64,000 nucleotides of DNA from contig JAPMXV010000033.1 in the NCBI GenBank assembly GCA_026936335.1, forward strand, positions 62,001 to 126,000. Reading direction: 5' to 3'. How positions within the stretch are numbered: position 1 is the stretch's first letter; the number at the start of each line of letters is the position of its first letter. Positions 33,398-43,612 of this stretch are shown here, in pieces. This DNA comes from Mantamonas sphyraenae STR306. Taxonomy: Eukaryota; Protista; CRuMs. The position numbers and the translations under genes are program-made. Under the pieces are notes generated by a model that saw only the letters and a program-made list of their open reading frames with translations, ran no database searches and was not told the origin of the DNA.

Positions 33398-34643
33398 ATG
33401 GCGTTGGACACGGGTGTGATTGCCCTGTTGATTCTGGTGGTGGTGTTGATTGCCATCCTGGCGTACCTGGGACGGCAGATCTTGTCGTCGGCGTCGGCCG
33501 AGGGTGAAGCTGGCACGGGCGAGGGAGTGGACGCAGACGAACCCCATGGCCAGGACGAGGACGAGGACACAGGTGTGGTGGCCGGTGGGGCACGACGAAA
33601 CCGTGGTGCAATGGGCAGGCTGCGAAGACGCGGCGCTGGAGGGCGAGGAGGTGGAGGCGAGGTGGACGACGGCGTGCCTGGGGACGGGGATGAGGATGAG
33701 GATGGGGACGGAGAGGGCGCAGGAATGGGTGGTCACAAGCTGGGGGCCAAGAAGCTGAAGCGGCTGGAAAAGAAGGCAGCCAAGCGGGAGATGCGTGAGG
33801 TGAGTGAAGTGGGGGCGGCGGAATGCAACGTCAGCAGGCGAGTTTGGGACAGAGACTGACGCGTGCCGCGGGCGACACACAGTACATGGAGCAGCAAAAG
33901 GAAGAAAGGGCACGCAGGGAAAAGGAGGAGGACGAACGGGCTGCAGAAGAGCGTCGGCTGGAGCAGGAACGGGAAGCCGCCGAGGCTGCCGAACGCGAGA
34001 AGCGCAGGCAAGAGAAACTGAAGAAGGAAGAGGAGGAATACCAAAAGTGGAAGCAGTTTATGACCACGGAAGGCTCTGGCAACCAGGCTGAGGAGCAAGA
34101 AGACGAGAGTGGTCTGCTGCAGCGGTTTATTGACTACGTAGAGGTAGGTGTTGGGAGTGCAAACACACAGGCAAGCGCGTGCACGGATACAATGCCCTGA
34201 AATGCTGACACCGTTGGTACGCATCCATGTGTGTCCACCACACCTTGTCTCCTCACACACTCTCGAACGGTTTTGCACACGTGCAGAAACACAAGGTGGT
34301 CATCTTGGAGGAATTGGCAGCCGAGTTTAAGCTGCGCACGCCGGACGTGGTGTCGCGGCTGGAGGATCTGGAGTCCATGGGACGCATTACAGGAGTGTTT
34401 GACGACCGTGGCAAGTTCATCTACATCACAGAGGAGGAGATGGAGCGTGTGGCAGAGTACGTGGAGAAACGGGGCCGTGTGAGCATCGCCGAGATTGCAA
34501 GCGAGTCGAACAAGCTGATTTCGCTGAAGCCGAAGAAGAAGAAGAAGCGACGAAAGAAGAAAAAGACGGAGGAGGGAACGGCGGGCGAGGGAGGAAGCAG
34601 CAGCAGCAGTGGGGCAGCCGCCGATGCTGGCAGCAGTCAATGA
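33398..34643 (+). CDS. DDRGK1: DDRGK domain protein 1 / UFBP1, UFMylation adaptor (introns 33800-33882, 34144-34286)
   Basis: N-terminal TM, KLGAKKLKRLE, EEEYQKWK and the PCI-like domain with ITGVFDDRGKFIYIT. Confidence 0.94.
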
Positions 34644-34799
34644 GGAGAGCATGGGGTGAATTGGAGGGGGCATGCAAACAAAAGAAACCCACATCAACGC
34701 TTTTGTCCATCCATGATTGTGACGGTGGTGTTTGCAGGTGGAGAGGTGCAGCACCGCTAGCGGGGCCATCGAAACACACACACACACACACACACACAG

Positions 34800-36021
34800 A
34801 TGACCAGCCTGGGAACGGGAGTAAGTGGCATGCAACATAGTCATGTGTAGGAAAGGGGACGCATGGGGCTGACACGATGGATGTACACACTTGCCGTCCT
34901 CCTCCTCCTCAGTACGATCTTTCTGCGTCGCAGTACTCGCCGGACGGACGCGTCTTCCAGGTGGAGTATGCCAGCAAGGCAGCTGATAGCAGCGGGTAGG
35001 TTGCACAGAGAGAAGAAGAAGAAGTGAGAGAGAGTGTGTGTGGTGACTTGCACCTCCCCCGAGCTTCTTCCAATCCCTCACACTGACTCGCTTGGCGGAA
35101 ACCACAGAACGGCAGTGGGCGTGCGCTGCATCGACGGCGTCGTTCTGGGCGTGGAGAAGATTGTGCAGTCCAAGATGCTTGTGGAGGGGTCGAACCGCAG
35201 GGTGTTTACGGTCGACCGCCATGTGGGCATGGTGGGTTTTCCAAAGGGGGGACCCTTTGCGCCGGAAGAGGGTTTTTTGGCATTCCGGCAGAGGCGAGTG
35301 GAGGCAAGAGAGACTGACACCGTTTCACACATGGATGGCACAACGTCCACACACCACCACCCAGGCTGTGTCTGGACTGCTGGCAGACGCTCGACAGCTG
35401 GTGAACGAGGCGCGCGACGAGGCGGCCAAGTACCGAGGCTTCTACAAGGAGGAGATCCCGGGCAAGGTGCTCAACTCACGCGTGTCCAACCATGTGCAGA
35501 TGTACACGTTGCACTCGTACACTCGTCCCTATGGCTGCTCGGCCCTCATTGCCTCGTACGACTGGAAGGGTCCTTCCCTGTACATGGTCGACCCGGCTGC
35601 CGTGTCTTACGTGCGTTTGTTTCTCCGTCCACACACACTGCGCTGGATCCATTGCCGGACACTAACCTCTATCACCTCTGGTTCTCAATGCCACCACTGC
35701 TGCACACACACACAGGGCTACTTTGCGTGCGCCATCGGAAAGGGCAAGAGCGCAGCAAAGGCCGAGCTGGAGAAGCTGGACTTTGAGGAACTGACGGTGG
35801 AGCAGGGTGTAAAGGAGGTGACTCGCATCATCGAAATGGTGCATGACGACATCAAGGACAAGGATTACGAGCTGGAACTGTCGTGGGTGTGTGACGCCAG
35901 CAAGCGTCGTCACCAGTTTGTGCCAGACGACATCAAGAAGGCGGCCCAAGAGTACGCCGCCGAAGCCCTCAAGGAGGACGACTCGGACGAAGACACTTCG
36001 TCAGACGAGGACAGCGATTGA
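34800..36021 (+). CDS. PSMA3: 20S proteasome subunit alpha-7 (introns 34821-34912, 34996-35107, 35232-35364, 35611-35715)
   Basis: Spliced N-terminus MTSLGTG|[20 protein letters not shown]; [35 protein letters not shown] and an acidic tail. Confidence 0.95.
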
Positions 36022-36080
36022 TTGAGTGTTTTGTTGGTGCAGTGAAACAGCTGCATTGCCTCTCTGTTCCCCCATTGCCC

Positions 36081-37535
36081 TCAGCGGCGCGATCGCTTGT
36101 AGTCTTGTTCGTCGTAGCGGTCGTAGCGATCAGAATGGTCGCTGCTGCTACTGCTGCTTCGGTGATGTTGCTGATGATGATGATGATGATGATGATGATC
36201 GCGTTCGTAGGGATCGCCTGCCTCGTATCGCTCCTCAAACTGCTCTCGGTTGCGCTTGGGCGGCGCAACAGTGCCATTTGCAGCGGCCACATCCTCTGGA
36301 TTGCACCCAAAGCAGCCACAGACGCGGCAGCCATCGCGTGGGATTTGACTACGACGCACGCGAGAGGGCACCTGGCAGTGACACGCGCGTCCTGTGCGTG
36401 AAAACGCCTTCATGCACTCGCGGCAGCAGCCACGGTCCATCTCCATGCCTCCTGGACGTCCCACCTTGCCCTGTTGCTGTGGCGAAGGCGAACGAGGAGG
36501 AGGTGGCGACCGGCTGCTGCGTCGCCCTGCATAGTCGCGCAGATCGCGGTCGTCGCGGCCTCGCGACGACGACGACGACGACGACGTTTCGTATGCAGGC
36601 ACCGCTGCAGGCACGGGGCTTGATCCACGCCTGCTGCTGCCTGCGTCGTAGCTGTCTCGTGCAGGCAGAGGCGAGTAACGGCGTGTGTCTCGCTCTTCTT
36701 CGTAGTAAGGGTCACTTCGGCTTCCGCCGCTGCTGCTGCTACTCGTCGACGAGCCCGTGTACGCGTCGTACCGGTCATACCCGCCTCGGTCCCTGTCGCG
36801 CGAGTCGTCACGTTCGTAGCGAGAGGCAGATGCACTGTGTCGGTCCAGCCTGCTTTCGTAGTACGGCTCACGCTGCTGCGATTCACGCGCAGGCGGAGGC
36901 GGCGGCGAGCGGCCGCGTGACGGCGCATAGCTGTCGTAGCGTCCCCCGCCCATCACACTGCTCCTGCTGCCTCCGTCGCGTCCGTCGCGTGTGTCTCGTC
37001 CGTCGCGTCCGCTGTGGCTGGTGTGACTGCTGCTTCCGCCTCGTCCCATGCGTGCAAGGGAGCCAACAAAGTTGTTGCGTGTGCCAAACATAAAGCGCGT
37101 TTCCCCGTCTGCGTACCGTTTGCGCTGGTCCACCGGGTTGCAGCCCATGCACCCGCACGACCGGCAGCCCAACGATCCCAGGTCCGAACGCCGTTCGCTG
37201 TTTGGGATGCAACACACGCAGTTGCGTCCCTTCTTCCTGTGTGCCGCCAAACAACGTCGGCAGCACACATTCTCTTCCGTCGACTCCTCGCCCACCATTG
37301 GCCGTTCGCCCTTTTCCTCCTCCTCCTCCTCCTCCGCCTCACTCGACTCTTTTCCCTTCCCTTCCTCCTTCTCCTCCCCCTTCTCCTCCGTCTCTGCCTC
37401 CTTGCTACTCGTCTCCTGCATGTCCCCGTCTTCCTGGCCCACCTCTACGATCTCCTGCTCTCCTTCCTGCCCTTCCTCCTCGCGCTCCTGCTGCTCCTCC
37501 TTCACCTGTTCTTCTTCCTGCTTCTGCTCAGACAT
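36081..37535 (-). CDS. Uncharacterised SR/RD-rich protein with two copies of an 8-Cys module
   Basis: ORF from MSEQKQ: Glu-rich N-terminus, two CCxxC..CxC..GCxxCGCxGCNP repeats, RS/RD-rich linker and poly-His. Confidence 0.75.
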   Translation of the reverse strand: MSEQKQEEEQVKEEQQEREEEGQEGEQEIVEVGQEDGDMQETSSKEAETEEKGEEKEEGKGKESSEAEEEEEEEKGERPMVGEESTEENVCCRRCLAAHRKKGRNCVCCIPNSERRSDLGSLGCRSCGCMGCNPVDQRKRYADGETRFMFGTRNNFVGSLARMGRGGSSSHTSHSGRDGRDTRDGRDGGSRSSVMGGGRYDSYAPSRGRSPPPPPARESQQREPYYESRLDRHSASASRYERDDSRDRDRGGYDRYDAYTGSSTSSSSSGGSRSDPYYEEERDTRRYSPLPARDSYDAGSSRRGSSPVPAAVPAYETSSSSSSSRGRDDRDLRDYAGRRSSRSPPPPRSPSPQQQGKVGRPGGMEMDRGCCRECMKAFSRTGRACHCQVPSRVRRSQIPRDGCRVCGCFGCNPEDVAAANGTVAPPKRNREQFEERYEAGDPYERDHHHHHHHHQQHHRSSSSSSDHSDRYDRYDEQDYKRSRR

Positions 37536-38381
37536 TGGTTGCTTCCTTCTGCGCTGTGTGCCGCCGACGCTCCATCCAACCAAAAAACTCTCTTACCTCG
37601 CAAGGTCAGTCTCCAACAATCGCCACCCCCACTTTCCTGCCCCAGCCTCCCACCACATCCCTGCTTGTCCCAAACATCCATCTCGTCGTTGCACGTCCTC
37701 TGCATTTGCCTTTCCCATCGTCGCATCCTTCCGCATTGCCTTTGTCCGGTCGTGTTTCTGTGGTTCTTCCCGCCCTTGGCATGTTTTCCAATCCCTCCCG
37801 CCCGCCCCATCGGCGTTCTTTCTCTTTGCCAGGCACTCCACGACACTCGTGTTTGCCGCTTGCATGGCCCACCGCACACCATCGTCTCCCTCTGTGCCCC
37901 ATCCAACCCGTTCCTGCCGCTTTGGGAGCCGCATGCCCGTTGCGTTTTTTTTTTTTGAGCGCGTTTGTTGTTTCGAACGACAGGCCTTCGTTGGCGGCTT
38001 GTTCTCTGTGCCATGACATTGCATGCTCCCCATGAAGGTTGCCACTCGGCCACTGCATGATATGTGCAACCTCGTTGGATGCCTCCCGCTCTCTCTCTTG
38101 GACGCGTGCGCGTCTATCCAGAGTGACACCCGTTGCTCGTCCAGGATCTTTCGCAACAACCTCCCCACGCCTCTGCACTCCCACCCCTCTCCACCTCCCC
38201 TCTTTCCCCCGCAGCCCCACCCCATGCACACACACACGCTCTCCACGCCCCTTGCTCTATCTCAAGTTCTCCACATCGTCCCGCCCATGCCCATCGTATT
38301 CTCTCGCCCAATCTGCTGACACACCGCCTTTCCTGTTCTGGAACGTGCAACGCGCCAACCAATCCTCGCTCCTCCGCAGCT

Positions 38382-41300
38382 ATGAGCGCCTTTGATGTGC
38401 ATCCGCTTGTTCGCAAGCTTGATGGTGTCGGAGAGAAGCGTGAAAGTGACCCGGGAGACAAGATCAAGACGCTCCGTATGTTGTACCTGTCCACAGGTTG
38501 CTTTTCCCATCCCCCGCAAAATTCGGCTGACATCGCTCACCCCGTTTCCTTCCCTCCTTCCCTCCTTCCCTCCTTCCCTCCTTCCCTCCTCCTCACAGCC
38601 GGCGCTGTCTGCACCACCGTGTGGCGCATCATCTTCCTTGTGCTGATCATCATCAACGCAATCAAGCTCGCTTCGGGCACCAAGATCATTGTGGCCGGCC
38701 AAGCCGCCGTCTACAACATCAAGCCGGGCGTCGAGGGCAAGCAGCTCGACTTCCCGGCCATGGACTGGAAGATGGTCAACAGCATCACCTTCTACGAGGC
38801 CAACGCCATCCCTTCCATCCAACGCTTCGATTTCGAAGACAACAACGGGTACAGTAAGCCGTACCAGACCTCGGGCGACCTCGTGCCGGTCGAGCGTTCC
38901 GTGTACCAGCGCTTCTCCGTGCCCATCAACACCTTTATCAGCCAGACGGCACCCATCCAGGCCCCGCGCGGTACCGAAGCTTCCTTCACCATGAACAACA
39001 TTGTCGAGGAGGCCGTCAACTTTAAGTTTGAAGAGACCCTCAAGATCTTCTACCTGCAGGCCAACGTCTTTGAGGCCACCTCGTACCTGTACAACCACAC
39101 CGCCTCTCTCTACGTGCGCTTCGACTCCACTCAGCTCGCTCGCATCAAGTCCTGCCAGCTCCAGGTGGTCATGGCCAACGAGATGGAGTTTGAGTACCTC
39201 CAGAGCCGCAACATGCTCCACGACCGTACCGTCCAGGTGCCCACCAACAACATCGGCATCAAGACCCTCGTCACCGAGGACAAGCTGTGGAACCGCGCCG
39301 GCTTCGACGCAAGCGACTACACCTACGTCGCCCCCACCAACATGCTGGAGTACAAGAAGACGTTCAGCTCCGCCGACATGGCCGGCATCAAGAACCGCGT
39401 GGGCTACAGCAGCAACCAGAACTTGGTCAACAAGAACGACACCGCCTTCCTCAACTGGCGCGTGGGCATCAACTACGTCAACAACTTTGTGCACACCTTC
39501 AACGAGTACAAGTGTGCCGACAAGTTCCTTGACAACAAGCTCAACCTGGGTCTGCGCACGGCCACCCCCATCTCGCAGTCTGCCACCTTCCTGCCTGTTG
39601 CCTCCTGTGGCGGCGCTGTCACCACCAACTGCCTCACGGCTGCCCAGCGCACCACCGCACAAAACTTCATCAACAACCGCGGCGGCTTCGACATGATCCT
39701 CACCGGCTGGCAGGGCATTGAGCGCGTGCGCGCCACTGCCCTCGTCACCAACGGTATCACCATCACTCGTGATGCGACCAACCCGATCAACTTTGCCGCC
39801 GACTTCAAGGTCTCCGACTACGAGAGCTTCAGCGCACCGCCCACCGCCCCGCAGGACTGGACGTGCACGGAGGACAAGTTTGGCGCCGGCGACGGCTGCG
39901 ACTGCAACTGCGGCGCCTTTGACCCCGATTGCTTGTACCAGAACCCCGGTGAGCCTACCAAGGGCTGCCCGGAGAACGAGTTCTGCACCTTCAACCGCGA
40001 GTGTGCTTCCGTGCGCTTCAGCCGCTTCCCGGGCAACGGCACGTACACCACCACCATGTACATCTCGGAGCCCTGCTCGCGCATCTACAAGCCCGGAGAG
40101 ATGGAGACCACCGGCTTTGTTGGCCGCGAGTCCATCCTGGCCACCGGCACTAACGTGGGCAACTGCCCGCCCTGCCCCGGTGACACCATCTACAACGGCA
40201 TCCCGCAGCGCACCGAGAACGGACGTGTCGTGTGCAACTACGCCGCCCAGGGTGTGGTCAACGGCCTCGTCGACGGCCCCGCTTGGGGTGCCGCCACCGG
40301 TTCCATCACCACCAACATCCGCGTCGGCAAGGCTGCTGGCTTCCCCACAAGCTTCTCGGGCTTTGGTTCGCGCATCTCGCTGACCCTGTCCGCAGGCCTG
40401 CCGCACCAGCAGCAGGCCGAGCTCTTGTCGGCCTCGCCCAAGGCCAACAACGGTCTGCAGAGCATCACCTTTGAGATCCTCGGTGGCGGTGCCAACAGCA
40501 TCGACCCGCTGCAGCACGTTGCTCGCGCACGCGTGCGATCCTTCTTCGGCACCACCTCCACCTATGTGGTGGTGCAGCCCATCAACTGCCAGAGCTTCCC
40601 GGTCACTGGTCCGTACAACGTGCGTTCCAACAACCCGGAGGTCAGCTTCCAGGTGGCCGGCGTGCAGAACAAGCAGGGTGGTGGCGGCTCGTGCCCCAAC
40701 CTCCAGCTCATCTCGCTGACCAAGCAGCCCACCTCGATCAACCCGGTGCAGTTCACCAACGCCAACGGCCCTCCCACCAGCAACGACAAGGGTCTCAAGG
40801 GCAAGACCACCGTCAAGGCCACCATGGGTGCCGCCGACAAGCTGCGCGTGCGCCTGCAGGAGTTCCCCCTGCGCTCCTGGACCGGCCTCAAGTTCCCCGT
40901 CACCGCACTGCTGTGGGGCACGGACAACAACTTCCAGAGCATGGAGCTGGTCACTGTCACAGGTGCCACCCGCAACTACAACTGGACCTGCCCCATCACC
41001 CAGTACAACACGGGCGATGGTTGCCACTGCAACTGCGGCGAGTACGATCCCGATTGCGGTGAGGCTCTCCTGGGACAGGGCGGATGCCCGCCTACCCAGG
41101 CCTGCAACGTGCAGGGCGTGTGCCAGACCTTTGCCAGCAACGCCGCCGTGCAGACGTACCGCCAGAACAACCAGCCCCCCGCCGAGCGTGACTCGTCCAT
41201 CGAGACACTGCAGCTGAGCGAGCCCGTGGGCACCTCCCACGAGGCCGGTGTCGTTGTCGAGACCTTCATCCAAGGCAACAACAACGACTCGTCGCTGCCC

Positions 41301-42587
41301 ATTGCCTACCTGTCGCCCGTGATCAAGCTGTCGCGCACCGACACCCCGTACGATCCCTCGCAGCGCTACAAGCAGCACACCTACGAGGACTTTGAGGCAC
41401 CCGAGCGTCTGGACATGGAAGCTGCCATCTTTGTTACGCCCGACCGCAAGCCGCTGACGGCCAACTCGCCCTTCCTGTGCCCCAAGCTCAACAGCAGCGG
41501 CTCTGTGTCGGGTGGCATTGAGGGCTACACGCTGTGGAGCCTGCAGAACCACACCATGGAGCTGAGCGACTGCAAGGTGACCAACCCGCCGCCCACGGAC
41601 TGCGTGGTGCAGTCGCAGCTGCCCAAGGGCAAGTTCCGCGCCAAGTGCGTGCGCGACATGCCGCCCACGGCCAAGATGGACTGGGTGCAGCGTATCCCCA
41701 TCAACGACGTGTGGACGTTCGACACCGCCAAGGCCTCCGTCACGGAGAAGGCCCAGTGGGTGGGTGGCGTCCAGGAGCCCGAGGTGAGCTTCGAGGTGCA
41801 GGACACCTTCTACTTTATGTTTGACCCCGATGCGGAGGAGGTCAACCGCAGGTTTGCCGCCAACGTCAAGACTGGAGGCGACACCAACCAGAACGACGTC
41901 ACGCGCTACTTCAGCGGTGCCCTGGACTACCGTTCCTTGGGCCAGGGCCAGCCGTCGGACCCCAACAACGACAAGACTGGCATCATCCCGGCCAACCCGC
42001 CCTACCTCAAGACGCAGCTGCACCTTGAGCTGCGCAGCGACGCGGTCAAGAGTGCCATGGACCGGGCACCCACCGACTGGCCCACCACCAAGGCTGGCCT
42101 GGAGGCTGTGTTCAAGAACTTCAAGGACACGCTGGTCAACTTCCAGTTCACCAACGTGGGTGGCGACACCGAGACGCAGACACTGCCCCTTACCCCTGGC
42201 TCCCTGTACACCCTGGAGGCGAGTGTGACCATCACGCCGCTGTACCAGACCGACGTCGTCGACAGCAAGACCATCGACTCGTGGAAGACGGTGATCACCG
42301 CCACGCGCGTGACCCAGACCCCGCTGGATTACTTCCGCCGCTCGCAGACCAAGGTCCGCTGGGTGCTCTCGCTCGACGACACCGTGTCGCAGCAGAAGGA
42401 GCGCTACGCCTACGATTTCAAGAACTTTGTCGACGGCTTTGGTTCCGCCCTCGGTATGATGGGTCTGGCCGTGGTCTTTGTCAAGCTGTACCAGAAGTTC
42501 CGCCCCGCCCCGGATGCCGAGCCCGAGAAGGACCAGACCGAGATGGACAACCTTGGTGGGAAGGAGAACGCCGCTGGCGAGCCTTAA
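38382..42587 (+). CDS. Large 2-TM membrane protein with a ~1250-aa ectodomain and two Cys-rich repeats (intron 38476-38598)
   Basis: Strong C-ending codon bias. TM1 VWRIIFLVLIIINAIKL and TM2 FGSALGMMGLAVVFVKLY; many N-x-S/T sites. The in-frame GTATGT..CAG intron holds a pyrimidine repeat. Confidence 0.8.
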   Translation: MSAFDVHPLVRKLDGVGEKRESDPGDKIKTLRMLYLSTGCFSHPPQNSADIAHPVSFPPSLLPSFPPSLLLTAGAVCTTVWRIIFLVLIIINAIKLASGTKIIVAGQAAVYNIKPGVEGKQLDFPAMDWKMVNSITFYEANAIPSIQRFDFEDNNGYSKPYQTSGDLVPVERSVYQRFSVPINTFISQTAPIQAPRGTEASFTMNNIVEEAVNFKFEETLKIFYLQANVFEATSYLYNHTASLYVRFDSTQLARIKSCQLQVVMANEMEFEYLQSRNMLHDRTVQVPTNNIGIKTLVTEDKLWNRAGFDASDYTYVAPTNMLEYKKTFSSADMAGIKNRVGYSSNQNLVNKNDTAFLNWRVGINYVNNFVHTFNEYKCADKFLDNKLNLGLRTATPISQSATFLPVASCGGAVTTNCLTAAQRTTAQNFINNRGGFDMILTGWQGIERVRATALVTNGITITRDATNPINFAADFKVSDYESFSAPPTAPQDWTCTEDKFGAGDGCDCNCGAFDPDCLYQNPGEPTKGCPENEFCTFNRECASVRFSRFPGNGTYTTTMYISEPCSRIYKPGEMETTGFVGRESILATGTNVGNCPPCPGDTIYNGIPQRTENGRVVCNYAAQGVVNGLVDGPAWGAATGSITTNIRVGKAAGFPTSFSGFGSRISLTLSAGLPHQQQAELLSASPKANNGLQSITFEILGGGANSIDPLQHVARARVRSFFGTTSTYVVVQPINCQSFPVTGPYNVRSNNPEVSFQVAGVQNKQGGGGSCPNLQLISLTKQPTSINPVQFTNANGPPTSNDKGLKGKTTVKATMGAADKLRVRLQEFPLRSWTGLKFPVTALLWGTDNNFQSMELVTVTGATRNYNWTCPITQYNTGDGCHCNCGEYDPDCGEALLGQGGCPPTQACNVQGVCQTFASNAAVQTYRQNNQPPAERDSSIETLQLSEPVGTSHEAGVVVETFIQGNNNDSSLPIAYLSPVIKLSRTDTPYDPSQRYKQHTYEDFEAPERLDMEAAIFVTPDRKPLTANSPFLCPKLNSSGSVSGGIEGYTLWSLQNHTMELSDCKVTNPPPTDCVVQSQLPKGKFRAKCVRDMPPTAKMDWVQRIPINDVWTFDTAKASVTEKAQWVGGVQEPEVSFEVQDTFYFMFDPDAEEVNRRFAANVKTGGDTNQNDVTRYFSGALDYRSLGQGQPSDPNNDKTGIIPANPPYLKTQLHLELRSDAVKSAMDRAPTDWPTTKAGLEAVFKNFKDTLVNFQFTNVGGDTETQTLPLTPGSLYTLEASVTITPLYQTDVVDSKTIDSWKTVITATRVTQTPLDYFRRSQTKVRWVLSLDDTVSQQKERYAYDFKNFVDGFGSALGMMGLAVVFVKLYQKFRPAPDAEPEKDQTEMDNLGGKENAAGEP

Positions 42588-42875
42588 ATTCGTGTGTGGT
42601 CGTCACGAAACACTCATCGATGTGTTTCGTGCAGCCACGAAAGGTCTGGAGCTGGCCGACGCCACAACAACCGCTCATCATGGCTGCTGTGTGGCGTCTG
42701 GAGCTCGACCGCAACGCCGACTCGATCCCCAACAATGCATCGTTCCATTCCTTTCTCCTGAAACCCTCCTTCACTCCTTTTCGTTTTCGTTTTCTGCCTG
42801 TGTGCACAGCCGGCTGACGCCAACAATGGAATTCCACGTGATGACGCCAGAAGCGCCAGCACAAACCCCTGCAGA

Positions 42876-43598
42876 ATGAGGCCGATCTTCATCGCCTTCT
42901 TGGGGATGTTGAACGGAATGGCAGCGTTGTGGTACTTTGAACACCCTGCGCTGCGTGCGTGGTTTTCCTACGTCACCTTTTCCTTCCTGCTGGCATCGTG
43001 GGGGACAAAGACTCGAGCGGATTGGATTTTCCGGAAGCACCCGTCTCGAGGATCTCTCGCGCTCCACTCAATGGTCCTCATGACGCCGTGGCTGTTGTTC
43101 ATTGCCTTTGCCATGCTGGTCACTCGTGTGCTTCGCCACAGAGACGTGCCTGTGGTGTCAAAGGTCACCAACCAGTTGTACATTGGCGGCTGGCCAGAGA
43201 GCGGCAGACACGGCTCCTTTGATGCAGTCATCGATCTCACCATCGAATTGCCTCGTATGGTGTCGTGCAGGAAGTATCTGAATCCGCGTACATGGGATGC
43301 CACGCCCGTCAGTGCGGACAACTTGGACCTGGCCGTTGCCTTTGCCCGTGGCCTGGACAAGGACGAGACACTGCTTGTGCACTGTGCGTTTGGAATTGGA
43401 CGCTCGTGTTGTACACTGTGTGCCATTATGGTTGGCCTGGGGTTGGCCACCGACTGGCAGGATGCGTTTGATCAGATCAAGAAGCAACGACGTGTCGTCA
43501 AGCTCAACAGGCGCTTCCGACGCGCAATGGACGAGTGGCAGAAGCGCTGGTTTGAGCGCAACCCGCCCAAAGATGCAATCAAGCACAAAGACAAGTGA
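42876..43598 (+). CDS. Membrane-anchored dual-specificity phosphatase
   Basis: N-terminal hydrophobic segments, LYIGGWP, VIDLT and the HCX5R motif LVHCAFGIGRS. Confidence 0.88.
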   Translation: MRPIFIAFLGMLNGMAALWYFEHPALRAWFSYVTFSFLLASWGTKTRADWIFRKHPSRGSLALHSMVLMTPWLLFIAFAMLVTRVLRHRDVPVVSKVTNQLYIGGWPESGRHGSFDAVIDLTIELPRMVSCRKYLNPRTWDATPVSADNLDLAVAFARGLDKDETLLVHCAFGIGRSCCTLCAIMVGLGLATDWQDAFDQIKKQRRVVKLNRRFRRAMDEWQKRWFERNPPKDAIKHKDK

Positions 43599-43612
43599 TG
43601 AAAATGAGGTGT

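Noticed and set aside
38262-42023. 1253-aa ORF antisense to the 2-TM gene
   Set aside because: Codon-register shadow of a strongly biased sense gene (few TTA/CTA/TCA codons); the translation is V/G/L/A-rich with no motifs.
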